64,000 nt of DNA from Octopus sinensis (lineage: Eukaryota). The stretch is taken from positions 50,840,001 to 50,904,000 of the forward strand of contig NC_043013.1 of assembly GCF_006345805.1 (NCBI RefSeq). The letters are read 5' to 3'. The notes under the pieces were generated by a model. The model did not search any database and was not told where the DNA came from. It saw only the letters and a list, made by a program, of their open reading frames with translations. Shown here piece after piece: positions 1-11,459 of this stretch (its first letter is position 1; each line of letters opens with the position of its first letter). Both the position numbers and the translations under genes were made by a program.

Positions 1-199
1 AGTATTGGTGATGATGATGATGATGTTGATTGTGATGGTGTTGTTTGTGAAGGTGATAGTGTTAATGGTGGTCATGATGATGCTGATGATGATGAACATG
101 ATGTTGGTGGTAGTGCTGGTGAAGATGATGATGATGATGATGGTGCTGCTGGTGGTACTGGTGGAGATGATAATGGTGGTGCTAGTGGTGATGATGTAA
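1..199. repeat. (GAT/GGT)n low-complexity trinucleotide tract
   Basis: Mixed GAT/GGT/GTT triplets; the 64-aa M/V ORF is only its translation. Confidence 0.9.
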
Positions 200-645
200 T
201 GAATAAGATTCTGCACAGTTTCCTTTGGTGAACTTCCATTCACAGTGCATTTACTTACTTGTCCTTGTGGTGGCATTCCCCTGGGGCAGATTGAGCCAGC
301 TTTGACCAACAAGTTCACCATGTCCCTCATGAATGCTGACCACATCCAATGACTGGCTGCAGTCAAGGCTGTAAAGGATAACAAATGTTTCACTGGGAGA
401 GCAAGCATGCTGGGGAGCATAGATACTATAGCTGTAGTTCCCATTGGCTGGTGAGGTGTTGAGTTAATGTTTTGGGTTTCAGTATGAAAATACATGTTCA
501 CATGTGGTCCCCAGTCACATGCATACACACTTTGTGGTAGTGTGATCTTGCTGTCAATTGCCAACCATCGCAGGGGCACTGACCAAGCCACCACCAATTA
601 TTGGAGCAGAACTAGCCTGAAATTGAAGTAGGTTCTGGAGACATG

Positions 646-1030
646 CTAAGGGGTCCCTCACTCCCAGAGGTCTTTTAGTACACTGGACACCAACCCAGAA
701 TTTCTAAGGGCCTTTGCTATATCTAAGGAGTACCTCACTCCCAAGGGTCTTCCAGCACACTGGATGCTAACCAGAATTTCTAAGGAGCTGTGCAATAGCT
801 AAGGAGTACCTCACTCCTAGTGGTCTTCCAGCACACTGGACGCCAACCCAGAATTTCTAAGGAGCTGTGCAATAGCTAAGGAGTACCTCACTGCCAGTGG
901 TCTTGTAGCACACTGGACACCAACCCAGAATTTCTAAGGGCCTGTGCTATAGCTAAGGAGTACCTCACTCCCAGGGGTCTTCCAGCTCACCAGACACCAA
1001 CCCAGAAATTCAGAGGGTCCATGCTATTGC
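646..1030. repeat. 77-bp minisatellite, ~5 copies
   Basis: Unit starts (CTAAGG...CCTCACTC) at 646, 723, 799, 876, 953 (spacing 77, 76, 77, 77); shared core GGTCTT-CAGCACACTGGA-CCAACCCAGAATTTCTAAGG. Confidence 0.92.
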
Positions 1031-1477
1031 TAGATAGTCATTGAACCTACCCTAGATTCATCTGTCCTTTTAACAGGTCTTGTTTTCAGTCCTGCTGGAT
1101 TTCTAGCAATCCTCCTCACCAGGCATGTCTAGTGAAGTTGCTAGTTGAGTCACCAACGACCTGATCATGCAACAGGTTATGCTAGATTTCATGTTACTAG
1201 TAGCACTCATGAGAGACCTCACAAGTGACCTGACAGTCACAGTACATTGGTCAAGCTGAAGCTTTAAATCCTTGCCTAAGGTCATGACTGCACAGTGAAA
1301 TTGAACCTGAAATATACCTGAAAACCTATAATTCTGAAGTACATACTTACATATAGAACTGTTTGATTTAAAATATTTTTTATTGATTTATTTGTTTAAT
1401 TCTATTGATTTAAAAAAAAAGAATATCCAACTTCTATAACGACCTCTCTCTCGCTCTCTTTCTATTTCCCCTTTACA

Positions 1478-2190
1478 TTGACATCAACAACAACTACTGC
1501 CACCACTACCACAATTACTACTACCACCACCACCACCACCACACTCACTTCTGCTTCTACCACAACCACCACCACCACTACTACTACAACCACTACTGCT
1601 ACCACCACCACCATCATCACTAACACCACAATTACCACAACTACTACTACTACTATTACCACCACCACCGTTACTACTACCATTACCACCACCACCACAA
1701 CTACCACTATTGCTACTATTACTACTACTACCACCACCACCATCATTACTACTACCATTACCACCACCACCACAACCACTATTGCTACTACTACTATTAC
1801 TACTACTACCACCACCACCACCACCACACTCACTTCTGCTTCTACCACAACCACCACCACCACTACTACTACAACCACTACTGCTACCACCACCACCATC
1901 ATCACTAACACCACAATTACCACAACTACTACTACTACTATTACCACCACCACCGTTACTACTACCATTACCACCACCACCACAACTACCACTATTGCTA
2001 CTATTACTACTACTACCACCACCACCATCATTACTACTACCATTACCACCACCACCACAACCACTATTGCTACTACTACTATTACTACTACTACCACCAC
2101 CACCACCACCACCACCACCACCACCATTACTACTACCATTACCACTGCCACCACTACCAATACCGCTATTGCTGCTGCTACTACTACTTA
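1478..2190. repeat. (ACC/ACT)n trinucleotide array with an internal 285-bp tandem duplication
   Basis: The marker ACACTCACTTCTGCTTCTAC recurs at 1541 and 1826 with matching downstream triplet pattern; gives poly-Thr/poly-Val ORFs. Confidence 0.9.
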
Positions 2191-2982
2191 AAATAATCAC
2201 ATGTGGTTGTTGTGTATGTCCTTCTTAGTAATTATTTTTCTCTCCCTCTAGGATAACGAGGGAGGGACTCGTTACTGATCTTATTGACCTGCTTCTATTA
2301 GAAGCCTTTTCCCCACCTCCGCCATCATCTTTTGGCATTGCTTTTTTTTTTGTTTTGTTTGCCTTGTTTTTTTGTTGTTGTCACTTATTTTTTTTCTGCT
2401 TTTTGACGTTTTTTTCTGCCACTTAAGAAGGATTGGAAACCTAATTCTTGAAATATTCAATTCTCTTGTGTTATGTGGTCTAGCCTGGTCTAGTCTGGTT
2501 TAGTGTATGAGTGGTGAGGGTGGTGGGAGGAGAATGAAGGAGAGAGAGAGTGGGAGGGAAAGAGAGTGAAAGAGAAATGGAGAGAAGAGAGTGAGAGAGT
2601 GAAAGAGAGCAGGAGAGAGAGAGAGAGAGAGAAAGAGAGCGGAGAGAGAGAGAAAGAGAGCGGAGAGAGAGAGAAGTTGTGAATGGATTCTAGAAGTAAG
2701 GGTGACAGAGAGGGAAGGAGAAAGAAAGAGAGAAAAATTGTGTGCATGGATGCTGGATGCGAGAGTGAGAGAGAGGGGAAGAAAGAGAGAGAGAGGGGGA
2801 GAAAGAGAGAGAGAGAAATTGAATGGATGCTAGAAGTAAGGGTGACAGAAAGGGAAAGAGAAAGAAAAAGAGAAGAAAAGAGAGAAAAACTGTGAATTGA
2901 TGATGGATGCAAGAGAGTGAGAGAGAGAGAGAGAGAAAAGAAACTGTGCGAGTGGATATATGTAAAAGTGATATGGGTGAGA

Positions 2983-3014
<32 letters not shown>

Positions 3015-3143
3015 TGTGTTTGTGGAATGAAATAATATGTAGGTGTGTGTTACAGTTTTTTTGTACGTAGACTCAACATTATTATACTTTACTCAAACTC
3101 AACATCACTGAACTCAACTCAAAATGAGATTTTGACTAATTTC

Positions 3144-3360
3144 AAGGCAGCAAGCTGGCAGAATCGTTAGCATGCCGGGGCAAAATGCTTAGCAGTATTT
3201 CGTCTGTCTTTAGGTTCTGAGTTCGAATTCCGCTGAGGTTGACTTTGCCTTTCATCCTTTCGGGGTTGATAAATTAAGTACCAGTTGCATACTGGGGTCA
3301 ATCTAATCGACTGGCTCCTGCCCTAAAAATGTTGGGCCTTGTGCCTAGAGTAGAAAAGAA
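3144..3360 (+). mobile_element. SINE family B copy
   Basis: AAGGC-GCAAGCTGGCAGAA head, GTTCTGAGTTCGAATTCC B-box-like motif, central TTTGCCTTTCATCCTTTCGGGGTTGATAAATTAAGTACCAG, 3' GGCCTTGTGCCTAGAGTAGAAAAG. Confidence 0.85.
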
Positions 3361-3369
3361 TATTTACAC

Positions 3370-3552
3370 ATACTACACTCAGGGAGTGGCTACACTCACC
3401 GAGTGGTTGGCGTTAGGAAGGGCATCCAGCTGTAGAAACACTGTCAGATCAGACTGGAGCTTGGTGCAGCCTCCTGGCTTCCCAGACCCCAGTTGAACCG
3501 TCCAACCCGTGCTAGCATGGAGAACGGACGTTAAACGATGATGATGATGATG
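3370..3552 (+). mobile_element. SINE family C 3' part with (GAT)n tail
   Basis: GAGTGGTTGGCGTTAGGAAGGGCATCCAGCTGTAGAAAC...CCAACCC-TGCTAGCATGGA...GGACGTTAAACGATGATGATG; recurs many times in the window. Confidence 0.85.
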
Positions 3553-3775
3553 ACAAAGGGGGCGAGCGGGCAGAAACGTTAGCACACCGGGCGAAATGCT
3601 TAGTGGTATTTTGTCTGTCTTTACGATCTGAGTTCAAATTCTGCCAAGGTTGACTTTGCCTTTCATCCTTTCGGGGTCGATATATTAAGTACAAGTTGTG
3701 TACTGGAGTTGATCTATTCGAATGGCCCCACCTCCCCACAAATGTCGAGCCTTGTGCCTAGAGTAGAAAAGAATT
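3553..3775 (+). mobile_element. SINE family B copy
   Basis: Same head, core and 3' motifs as 3144-3360; directly follows the (GAT)n tail of the family C copy. Confidence 0.85.
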
Positions 3776-4550
3776 TCAATTTGTCTTCCCCTTGTTGGAT
3801 GCTGTTGGTGCAGTCCTTTCATCACCTCCCATGCATAAGGTCAAGACTATTACTAATCATTGAGTTGTAATGTCATGCAATAGTATTTCTGCGACCACGC
3901 CCCCCCCCCACTGGTACCGGTGCCACATAGAAAGTACTTGTGCCAATGCCATGTAAAAAAGCACCAGGAACACTCTGTGAAGTGGTTGGCATTTGGAAGG
4001 GCAATCAGGTTTTAGAAACAATGCCAAAACTGACAATCGGAGCCTGGTGCAGCTCTCTGGCTTGCCAGCATGGACGATGGACAGAAGAAGAAGAAGAAGA
4101 AAAAGAAGCTGATGATAATGATGATGATGATAATGATAAGGAGGAAGAGGAAGAGGGTGATGATGGTGATGATGATTTTCATACCGTTCTCCTTGGTGTC
4201 TGTGAAGACAAGTCTGCTGTGATGTTTACGAATCTCATCCTGATTCCCGCCAATACACTTCTATGCCAATCCAGGACACATCACCCCTCTGATCTTCACA
4301 CATCACAGGACACTGGCAAACCCCTTGTTTCCTGATTCTCTTCTTGCTATTTACATCTGATGTCTAGGTTCCCTTCTTGTAAACCACTTTCTTCCATTCT
4401 TTCTAGACCTGTCTTTTAGTTTTAACCTTCTCAAACCCAGCCCCTGACCTGGGCTCCTGACCACAAAACAATAAGTAGCTTAAGAGTAATGATTGCAGGC
4501 AGATCAATGGACAGAACCCCCCCCCCCCCCACAAAGAAAAGAAAAAGTTT

Positions 4551-4850
4551 GGGAGAATAGCAATAAGAGACCTTTCTCTCAACTACCGTATTTTTTAGGC
4601 AAACTAATGGACAAAATCACAGAAAAAAATCCAGGAGAGTAACAATAATTGACCAATCTCTCAGCTACCATATTTGTTCTTTGGAAGCAAACTAATGGAC
4701 AGAATGACCAACACAATTCAGGAGAATAATAATAATAGGCCTTTCTCTTAACTACTGTAATTGTTAGGCAAGATAACAGACAAAATGACCAGAAAACTCA
4801 GGAGAATTAGAACAACAGGCCTATCTCTCAACTCCCATATATGTTCACCC
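4551..4850. repeat. degenerate ~80-87-bp tandem repeat, ~4 copies
   Basis: GGAGA...CCT-TCTCTCAACTAC...GCAAACTAATGGACA motif recurs at ~4551, 4634, 4721, 4801. Confidence 0.75.
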
Positions 4851-5721
4851 AAAGTGTGCTAATTTCTTCATCACTTTCACCAGTTCGATTGTCTGCATTA
4901 CTCCAATTGCCGAAGAATTAATACCATCAGTAATTTCTTCAACTGCAAAGAGTCTAGGCCTTGCTTGTTTACAAGACCAGGTGCTGGGTTCATTCCATGC
5001 TTGGAAGACAGTTCTTTTTTATTCGATTAAAAACAAAAGTAAACAACATCTATAGGGGTCCCCATCAACAATGAGTCATAAAAACATTTGACTACAAAGC
5101 TGTAATGGGATCAGTCATTTGTTTTTAGAATTTTGTCTTCTTAGTCTCCACAGGTTATTCATCGCTGCTTTACCATTGATGCTATTCCATCTGTAGGGGG
5201 CAGACAGCATGACAGAGAAAATGGTTCATTTTACAGTACCATGCCACCACATTGACTTCCATTTAGCTGGAATCTTGCTTCATCCACAAGGCTGGTCTCT
5301 GCTTTGCAACAGGCTGTTTCACAAAGAGTACCAGTTGTCTTCTGTACCATAAGCCTTTATCTTTTCTCCCACTTCTAATCACATGCATCTGTGGTTCACA
5401 GCAAGCTGTCTTGTTGAAACTTTCAGTTATTCTTCTATGTTCTACTTCTCTCTCTCTCTCTCTCTCTTCTCTCCCCTCTCCTTGCATGCATCTTCCAGCA
5501 CATCTTTGAACCATCCTTTCACATCACATACAGTCATGGCTAAAAGTTTAGATCATTCTTTTAAAAATTAAAATCGTTTTGCCCAAGTACAATTTGATTC
5601 AAAAATATACAGTGTATATATTTGGGCATTTAATAGAAGTATTCTAATTTTCAGACCTATGTTCGAAACTTTTGGTCAAGTAAAAATATATTGCAAATTA
5701 TATATAACTTTCGGTATTTAA

Positions 5722-5943
5722 TCCTTTCTTTACCAACCCAGCTGAAACCAGCTCTGGCTCTGTAGTACAAATGCCTTGATTCCATAAGTTCTGAATTAAA
5801 ATCTTCCACCAAACCTTAGTCACAATTTATGTTCCTAACACTAGCTTAATGATAACCAAGTTATTTTACTAAATTCTTTGTTATGTTTAAAATTAATTGA
5901 AAGAAATACAGAGCATCTCAACAGAAATATGATAAGAAAAGGG
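5722..5943. mobile_element. piggyBac-type MITE (TTAA-flanked)
   Basis: TTAA at 5718-5721 and 5944-5947; ends TCCTTTC-TTACCA / TGATAAG-AAAAGGG, degenerate versions of the CCCTTT...AAAGGG termini typical of piggyBac. Confidence 0.7.
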
Positions 5944-5974
5944 TTAAAATATATAACAGAGAAACAATCCTTAA

Positions 5975-6172
5975 CCCTTTTTATACCAACCTGGCTGAAA
6001 CCAGCTCTGGCTCTGAGTACAAATGTCTTGTTTTCCACCAAACCTAAGTCACAACTTATGTTCCTAACACTAACTTAATGATAACTAAGTTATTTTACTA
6101 AATTCTTTGTTATATTTAAAATTAATCAAAAGAAACACAGAGCATCTCAATAGGAATATGGTAACAAAAGGG
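5975..6172. mobile_element. piggyBac-type MITE, second tandem copy
   Basis: TTAA|CCCTTTTTATACCA...TGGTAACAAAAGGG|TGAA; colinear with 5722-5943 apart from an internal deletion. Confidence 0.7.
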
Positions 6173-6199
6173 TGAAAAGCACCAACTAGGATAATGAAC

Positions 6200-6890
6200 T
6201 CACTGTCATCTGATATCGGTGTAGAGGGTCCCATAGAAACGATTCTCTTAAAGGGTCTCATAGAAAAGGTTGTTTTAGAGCAGTGCTCTGCAACCTTTTT
6301 ACACTTATATTCTTTTCAAAATTTGGTGGCACCCCTGGACTAAAAATATGACTAAAGTATAGGAAAATAAATTATATTCAGGTTAAACTGCAGCACTGTT
6401 TTAGAGGGCATCATAGAAGTGATTCTTTTAGAGGGTCTCATAGAAGTGGGTTTTTTAGAGGGCCTCATTGAAACAGTTCTTTAGAGAACTGCATAGAAAT
6501 GGTTCTTTTAGGTGTCATACAAATGGTTCTTTTAGAGGGCAAAACAGAAATGATTCTTTTAAAGGGTCTCGCTCTAGAACTGGTTCTCCTTGAGGGTTTC
6601 AAAGAAATGATTCTTTTAGAAGGCATTATAGAAATATTTCTCTCAGAGGGTCTCATAGAAGTCGTTCTGTTACAGGGCGTCTCAGAACCAGTTCTTTTAC
6701 AGAGCCTCGTAGATATGGTTTTTGGTTCATCTGTCAGTTCTGATCGTGGTGCCAAGGCAGAGATCATTGTTGATATCCTGTTGCCTATGATTTGTTTAAG
6801 CTTCATTATTCTGTCATATACTCTGACTGCCTCAATTACTTTATCTTGATGTTTCTCCACCAAGAACCACACCGCCTCCTCCACCGCCAA
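6200..6890 (-). pseudogene. disrupted ORF: ~60-aa unique segment followed by ~14 basic 9-aa repeats (consensus PSKRTISMR)
   Basis: Minus frame reads LAVEEAVWFLVEKHQDKVIEAVRVYDRIMKLKQIIGNR...PSERNISIM PSKRIISLK PSRRTSSRAR PFKRIISVL PSKRTICMT. DNA units are 27 bp, with one 30-bp and one 24-bp variant. A 1-bp loss in a T run at ~6480 and a MITE at 6281-6398 break the frame. Weak acceptor (CATTTTGAAG) before 6890. Product unknown. Confidence 0.35.
6281..6398. mobile_element. hAT-type (Buster/Charlie-like) MITE, 118 bp
   Basis: Termini CAGTGCT.../...AGCACTG with subterminal AACCT/AGGTT; perfect 8-bp TSD TTTTAGAG at 6273-6280 and 6399-6406 with central TA. Confidence 0.85.
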
Positions 6891-7029
6891 CTTCAAAATG
6901 GTTACCCACCCGGAAGAATTTGATCTATCTGTCTGTCTGTCTGGCTGTCTGTCAATCTGTCCATTTAGTTTAACATACACATGTACACACACACGCACAC
7001 ACACACACATACACGCATACACACACACA

Positions 7030-7275
7030 TATGTATATACATGTTTGCATCTCTGCCTATATACACACACACACACATGTACATATATATAAAACAGAAA
7101 AGAAACACTCACACAAACACACATAAAACAAAAGAAACTTACGCACAAACACATACGCATGCATGCAAGCACACACACAAACACACACTCATGCACACAC
7201 ATACACACATGTACATATACGTGCACGCACACATGCACACATACACATATGTATATACTTGTTTGCATCTCTGCC

Positions 7276-7313
<38 letters not shown>

Positions 7314-7380
7314 TATAAAACAGAAAAGACACACTCACACAAACACACATAAAACAAAAGAAACTTATGCACAAACACAC
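7030..7380. repeat. ~218-bp tandem duplication embedded in (CA)n
   Basis: TATGTATATAC-TGTTTGCATCTCTGCCTATATACAC...AAAACAGAAAAG...CATAAAACAAAAGAAACTTA occurs at ~7030 and ~7248. Confidence 0.8.
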
Positions 7381-8434
7381 ACACATATCCAGACAACACA
7401 CACACACACACACACTCAAATATCCCCCCCCCCACCCCGGTGTGTTTTGGGTTGACTTTTGATGTTAGTGAGAGTGACATTATATACATTGCTGAAGATA
7501 ATAATGTTTATAGCTGTGGCTTATCATAATCAGTGACATCATCATAATGTTTATAACCACCATCCATCACCATCATCATCATCACCATCATCATCACCAT
7601 CATCACCATCATCATCATCATCATCACCATCATCATCATCATGTTTATCACTATAGTTCATCACCATCATCATCAACATTATCATCATCATCATCATCAT
7701 GTTTATAACTGTAGTTCGTGGCTATGATGACAACGACGACGACGACCATCATCACCACCACCATCCTCATCATCTTCAACATCATAATGTTTGCAACTGT
7801 GATTTATCTGTCATCATCCACCACCACCACCACCACCACCACCATCATTATAATGTTTGTAACCACAATTTATCTGTCATCACCACCACCACCACTACCA
7901 TCACCATCATCATCATTATCATCATCATGATGCTTACAGCCATGGTTTAGCCATCATCATAATCATGTATTTAACCATAGCTCACCCCCCCACCATCATC
8001 ATCAACATACTGTTTATAGCCATAGTTCATTACCACCACCACCATCATCATCATGTTGTGTACAACCATTGCCTATCCTCCTCCTCCTCCTCATTATTAT
8101 CACCATAAATACCATTATCATAATATCATTACATCATTCTAATTATTATGCGAGATGGCAGAATCATTAGCATTTCAGGCAAAATAATTAGATGTGTTTG
8201 ATCTGGCTCTTTACATTCTGAGTTCAAATTTGCCAAAGTCAACTTTGCCTTTCTAGCACTGCTGCTAGAGCCATGTAGAAAGCACCTGTAAAGTGGTTGA
8301 TGTTAGGAAGGGTATCCAGCTGTAGAAACCATGCTAAAACAGACCAGCAGAGCCGGATGTGGCCCTTAGCCATACCAGCTCTTCTGAAACCATCCAATCC
8401 ATGCCTGTCTGAAAACAGACATTAAATAATAATG

Positions 8435-8493
<59 letters not shown>

Positions 8494-9590
8494 TGTAGTA
8501 CTGTAGGTAACTAAATAGTTGAATGATCTCCCTTGCAAGAAAGATCACAGAGTAACCTCCCTTTTCCAAGTTTCTTGAAGCATCTGTGTCATGAGCCGTG
8601 ATTCTTAATTATTCAAGAAGCTTAGTGTTTCTCTTGGAAGTTTCTAGAATGTCTAGCGTTCCATTAATAAAAACAGCTTGCTTATTCTGCTCTTTGCTGC
8701 TTTGTCAATTGGACTGAGAGTCATTCATGTCATTGCTATGTACGTCTGTTTCTCTACACCACATGAGTGAATACCACCACTTAGCTGTTATTTCTATATT
8801 TCCTATCTCTGAACTTTCTTGCATAGATTACTTCATGCAACTAGATTCTACAATTTGATTTAATTGATCATCATTGATTAAAGAACTATTGTTATAACAT
8901 AACACACAACCACATCGAGACCTGGTACTCACAATATAGAACCACTACACCATGACAAGGCTGGTTGGTGGATTGACAGAATTGTTAGAGCATCCAGCTA
9001 AATGCCTTGTGATATTTCTTCCTGCTCTTTACATGCCAAGTTCAAACCCAGCCAAAATCAACTTTACCTATTACCCTTTCAGAGTCAATAAGATAAAAGA
9101 AAAAAAATGACAGTCAAATGATGGGGCCAAATAAAGGGATTGTACTCCTCCCTGAAATTTCTTTCCACCACCACCAACACCACCATCATCATCATCATCA
9201 TCATCATCGTCCTCATCATCGTCATGGGTAGTTTTCCACACTTGCATTGGTCGAGCAGAACTCACTGGTGAGAATTTTCTGTGGCTGGATGCCCTTCCTG
9301 TTACCGACCTTCGCCTGTTTCTAAGCAATGTAATATTTCTCTGTGGCCAGACTTGATTTCATAGAAGACCGAATAACAAAGGACACCACTTGTATGAAGG
9401 TGACACTTGTTTACAGCTATGGAATAATGTCAAGGCAAGGAGATGCATATGCACATACATGGTCTCTCTCACACTCACATATGCATACATATATACCCTT
9501 ATGAGCTCAAATACATATATCCAAACACACACACATGGGTTACACACCCAGGCTCACACACACACATGCACACACACATACATACACATA

Positions 9591-9643
<53 letters not shown>

Positions 9644-10615
9644 ATGTGTGTGTATGTGTATGTGTGTGTGTATATATATATGTATATATATACACAAACA
9701 CACATGTATATGTGTATATATATACATATATGTATGTGTATATATATATATATATATGCACACACACACATATGTATATATATATACACACACACACTCA
9801 CACACACACATATATATATATATATATACATACACACATATATATGTATATATATGTGTGTCTGTATACATGCATACACACACACACACACATGTATATG
9901 TTAAAGCTAGCAGCAGTTAAGAGAGAAGCTTGAAGTAGAAATGTTTCAATCTTGTAGGAAACATTATATTCCGATGCCGTTCTTGCAATGCAATAAAAGA
10001 TAAGGCGACGTTGGGGAAACGGAATTTGTACATTGAAGAATTTACAAGCACTGGCACCGAAAGAAGAGTATAATGCCGGTCACTTTAAACTTTCCAGCTG
10101 GCTTTAAATGAAATTTAACAGAAGAAAGAAATAACAAATAACTGATATAATATCGTTTCTCTTTTATGTGTTTTTGTCCTCAGACTGGGATCTTGCTGGG
10201 ACAGCACCTTAAAAGGGTTCGTCAAACAAAATGAGCTTGGTTTTGTTTTTTTGTTTTTAAGCTTGGTACTTATTCTGTTGGGCGATTTTGCTGAACTGTT
10301 AAGCTATGGGGACGTAAACAAACCAACAACTGTTGTCAAGCAGTAACAGGGGACAAACACAGCACAAACATATATACACATAAATACACGTGGACATATA
10401 TATATAGATTTATAGATACATACGCACACTCACAGAGGCACATATATGTATACATGTGAACATTTTTGCATATATGTGTGTGTCTATGTCTCTATACATA
10501 TATATATATATATGTATGTATATAAAATGATGGACTGTCACATTAAGTTGACAACATACTATCACTTTATTGTGCTGCTTACTGCATAAATCTCTCTGAG
10601 AGATTTAGAAATATA

Positions 10616-10654
<39 letters not shown>

Positions 10655-10659
<5 letters not shown>

Positions 10660-10991
10660 CCCCCTTCGGTCATGAATGACCATGGGATTGCACCTAGAAA
10701 GTTACCCTCCTAGACACAAGTCCGGGCAAGGTTGTTTATGGAAGACCAGCAGTCACCATGCATACCAGCCTCCCCTCTCCACCACGCCACCAGTGTTATC
10801 CAAGGAAAGACAAAGGTCGATACAGCTTGGCACCAGTGACGTCACAACTCATTTCTACAGCTGAGTGAACTGGAGCAACGTGAAATAAAGTGCCTTGCTC
10901 AAGAACACAACACGCAGCCTGGTCCGGGATTCGAGCTCACAACCTCACGATCGTAAGCTCGACACTCTAACCACTGAGCCATGCACCTTCA
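10655..10991 (-). mobile_element. tRNA-derived SINE family D
   Basis: Reverse strand starts GAAGGTGCATGGCTCAGTGGTTAGAGTGTCGAGCTTACGATCGTGAGGTTGTGAGCTCGAATCCCGG (A- and B-box-like); homologues at 28030-28268, 41765-42064, 23595-23885, 54021-54275. Confidence 0.85.
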
Positions 10992-11039
10992 TATATATAT
11001 AAATAAATAAATCTATCTATATATTTGTTTATAAATATA

Positions 11040-11206
11040 GGCACAGGAGTGGCTGTGTGGTAAGTAGCTTGTTTACCAACCACATGGTTGCGGGTTCAGT
11101 CTCACTGCGTGGTACCTTGGGCATGTGTCTTCTACTATAGCCTCGGGCTGACCAAAGCCTTGTGAGTGGATTTGGTAGACAGAAACTGAAAGAAGCCTGT
11201 CGTATA

Positions 11207-11253
<47 letters not shown>

Positions 11254-11455
11254 ATATGTTTGTCCCCCTAGCATTGCTTGACAACCGATGCTGGTGTGTT
11301 TACGTCCCCATCACTTAGCGGTTCGGCAAAAGAGACCGATAGAATAAGTATTGAGCTTACAAAAGAATAAGTCTCGGGGTCGAGTTGTTCGGTTGAAGGT
11401 GGTGCTCCAGCATGGCCACAGTCAAATGACTGAAACAAGTAAAAGAGTAAAAGAG
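11040..11455 (+). mobile_element. tRNA-derived SINE family A, full length
   Basis: A box TGGCTGTGTGG, B box GGTTCAGTCTC, internal (TA)n, 3' GTCAAATGACTGAAACAAGTAAAAGAGTAAAAGAG. Confidence 0.9.
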
Positions 11456-11459
11456 ATAT

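Noticed and set aside
646-1030. CRISPR-like array
   Set aside because: Units are fully homologous end to end with no unique spacers; eukaryotic context and no cas genes.
1103-1308. Minus-strand 60-aa ORF / possible exon (acceptor TTTCAG, possible donor GTGAGG)
   Set aside because: No recognisable homology and no supported phase link to neighbouring candidates.
2240-2440. Lys-rich minus-strand frames near the Thr array
   Set aside because: Derived from T homopolymers; stops in all frames.
4850-5020. Minus frame TVFQAWNEPSTW...IELVKVMKKLAHFG
   Set aside because: Bounded by stops, no usable acceptor, no recognised homology.
9960-10075. Plus frame with CxxC (FRCRSCNAIKD)
   Set aside because: Too short, single motif, no splice or family support.
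10900-10991. tRNA gene
   Set aside because: The tRNA-like sequence is the head of a multi-copy SINE; no 3' acceptor-stem complement or poly-T terminator.
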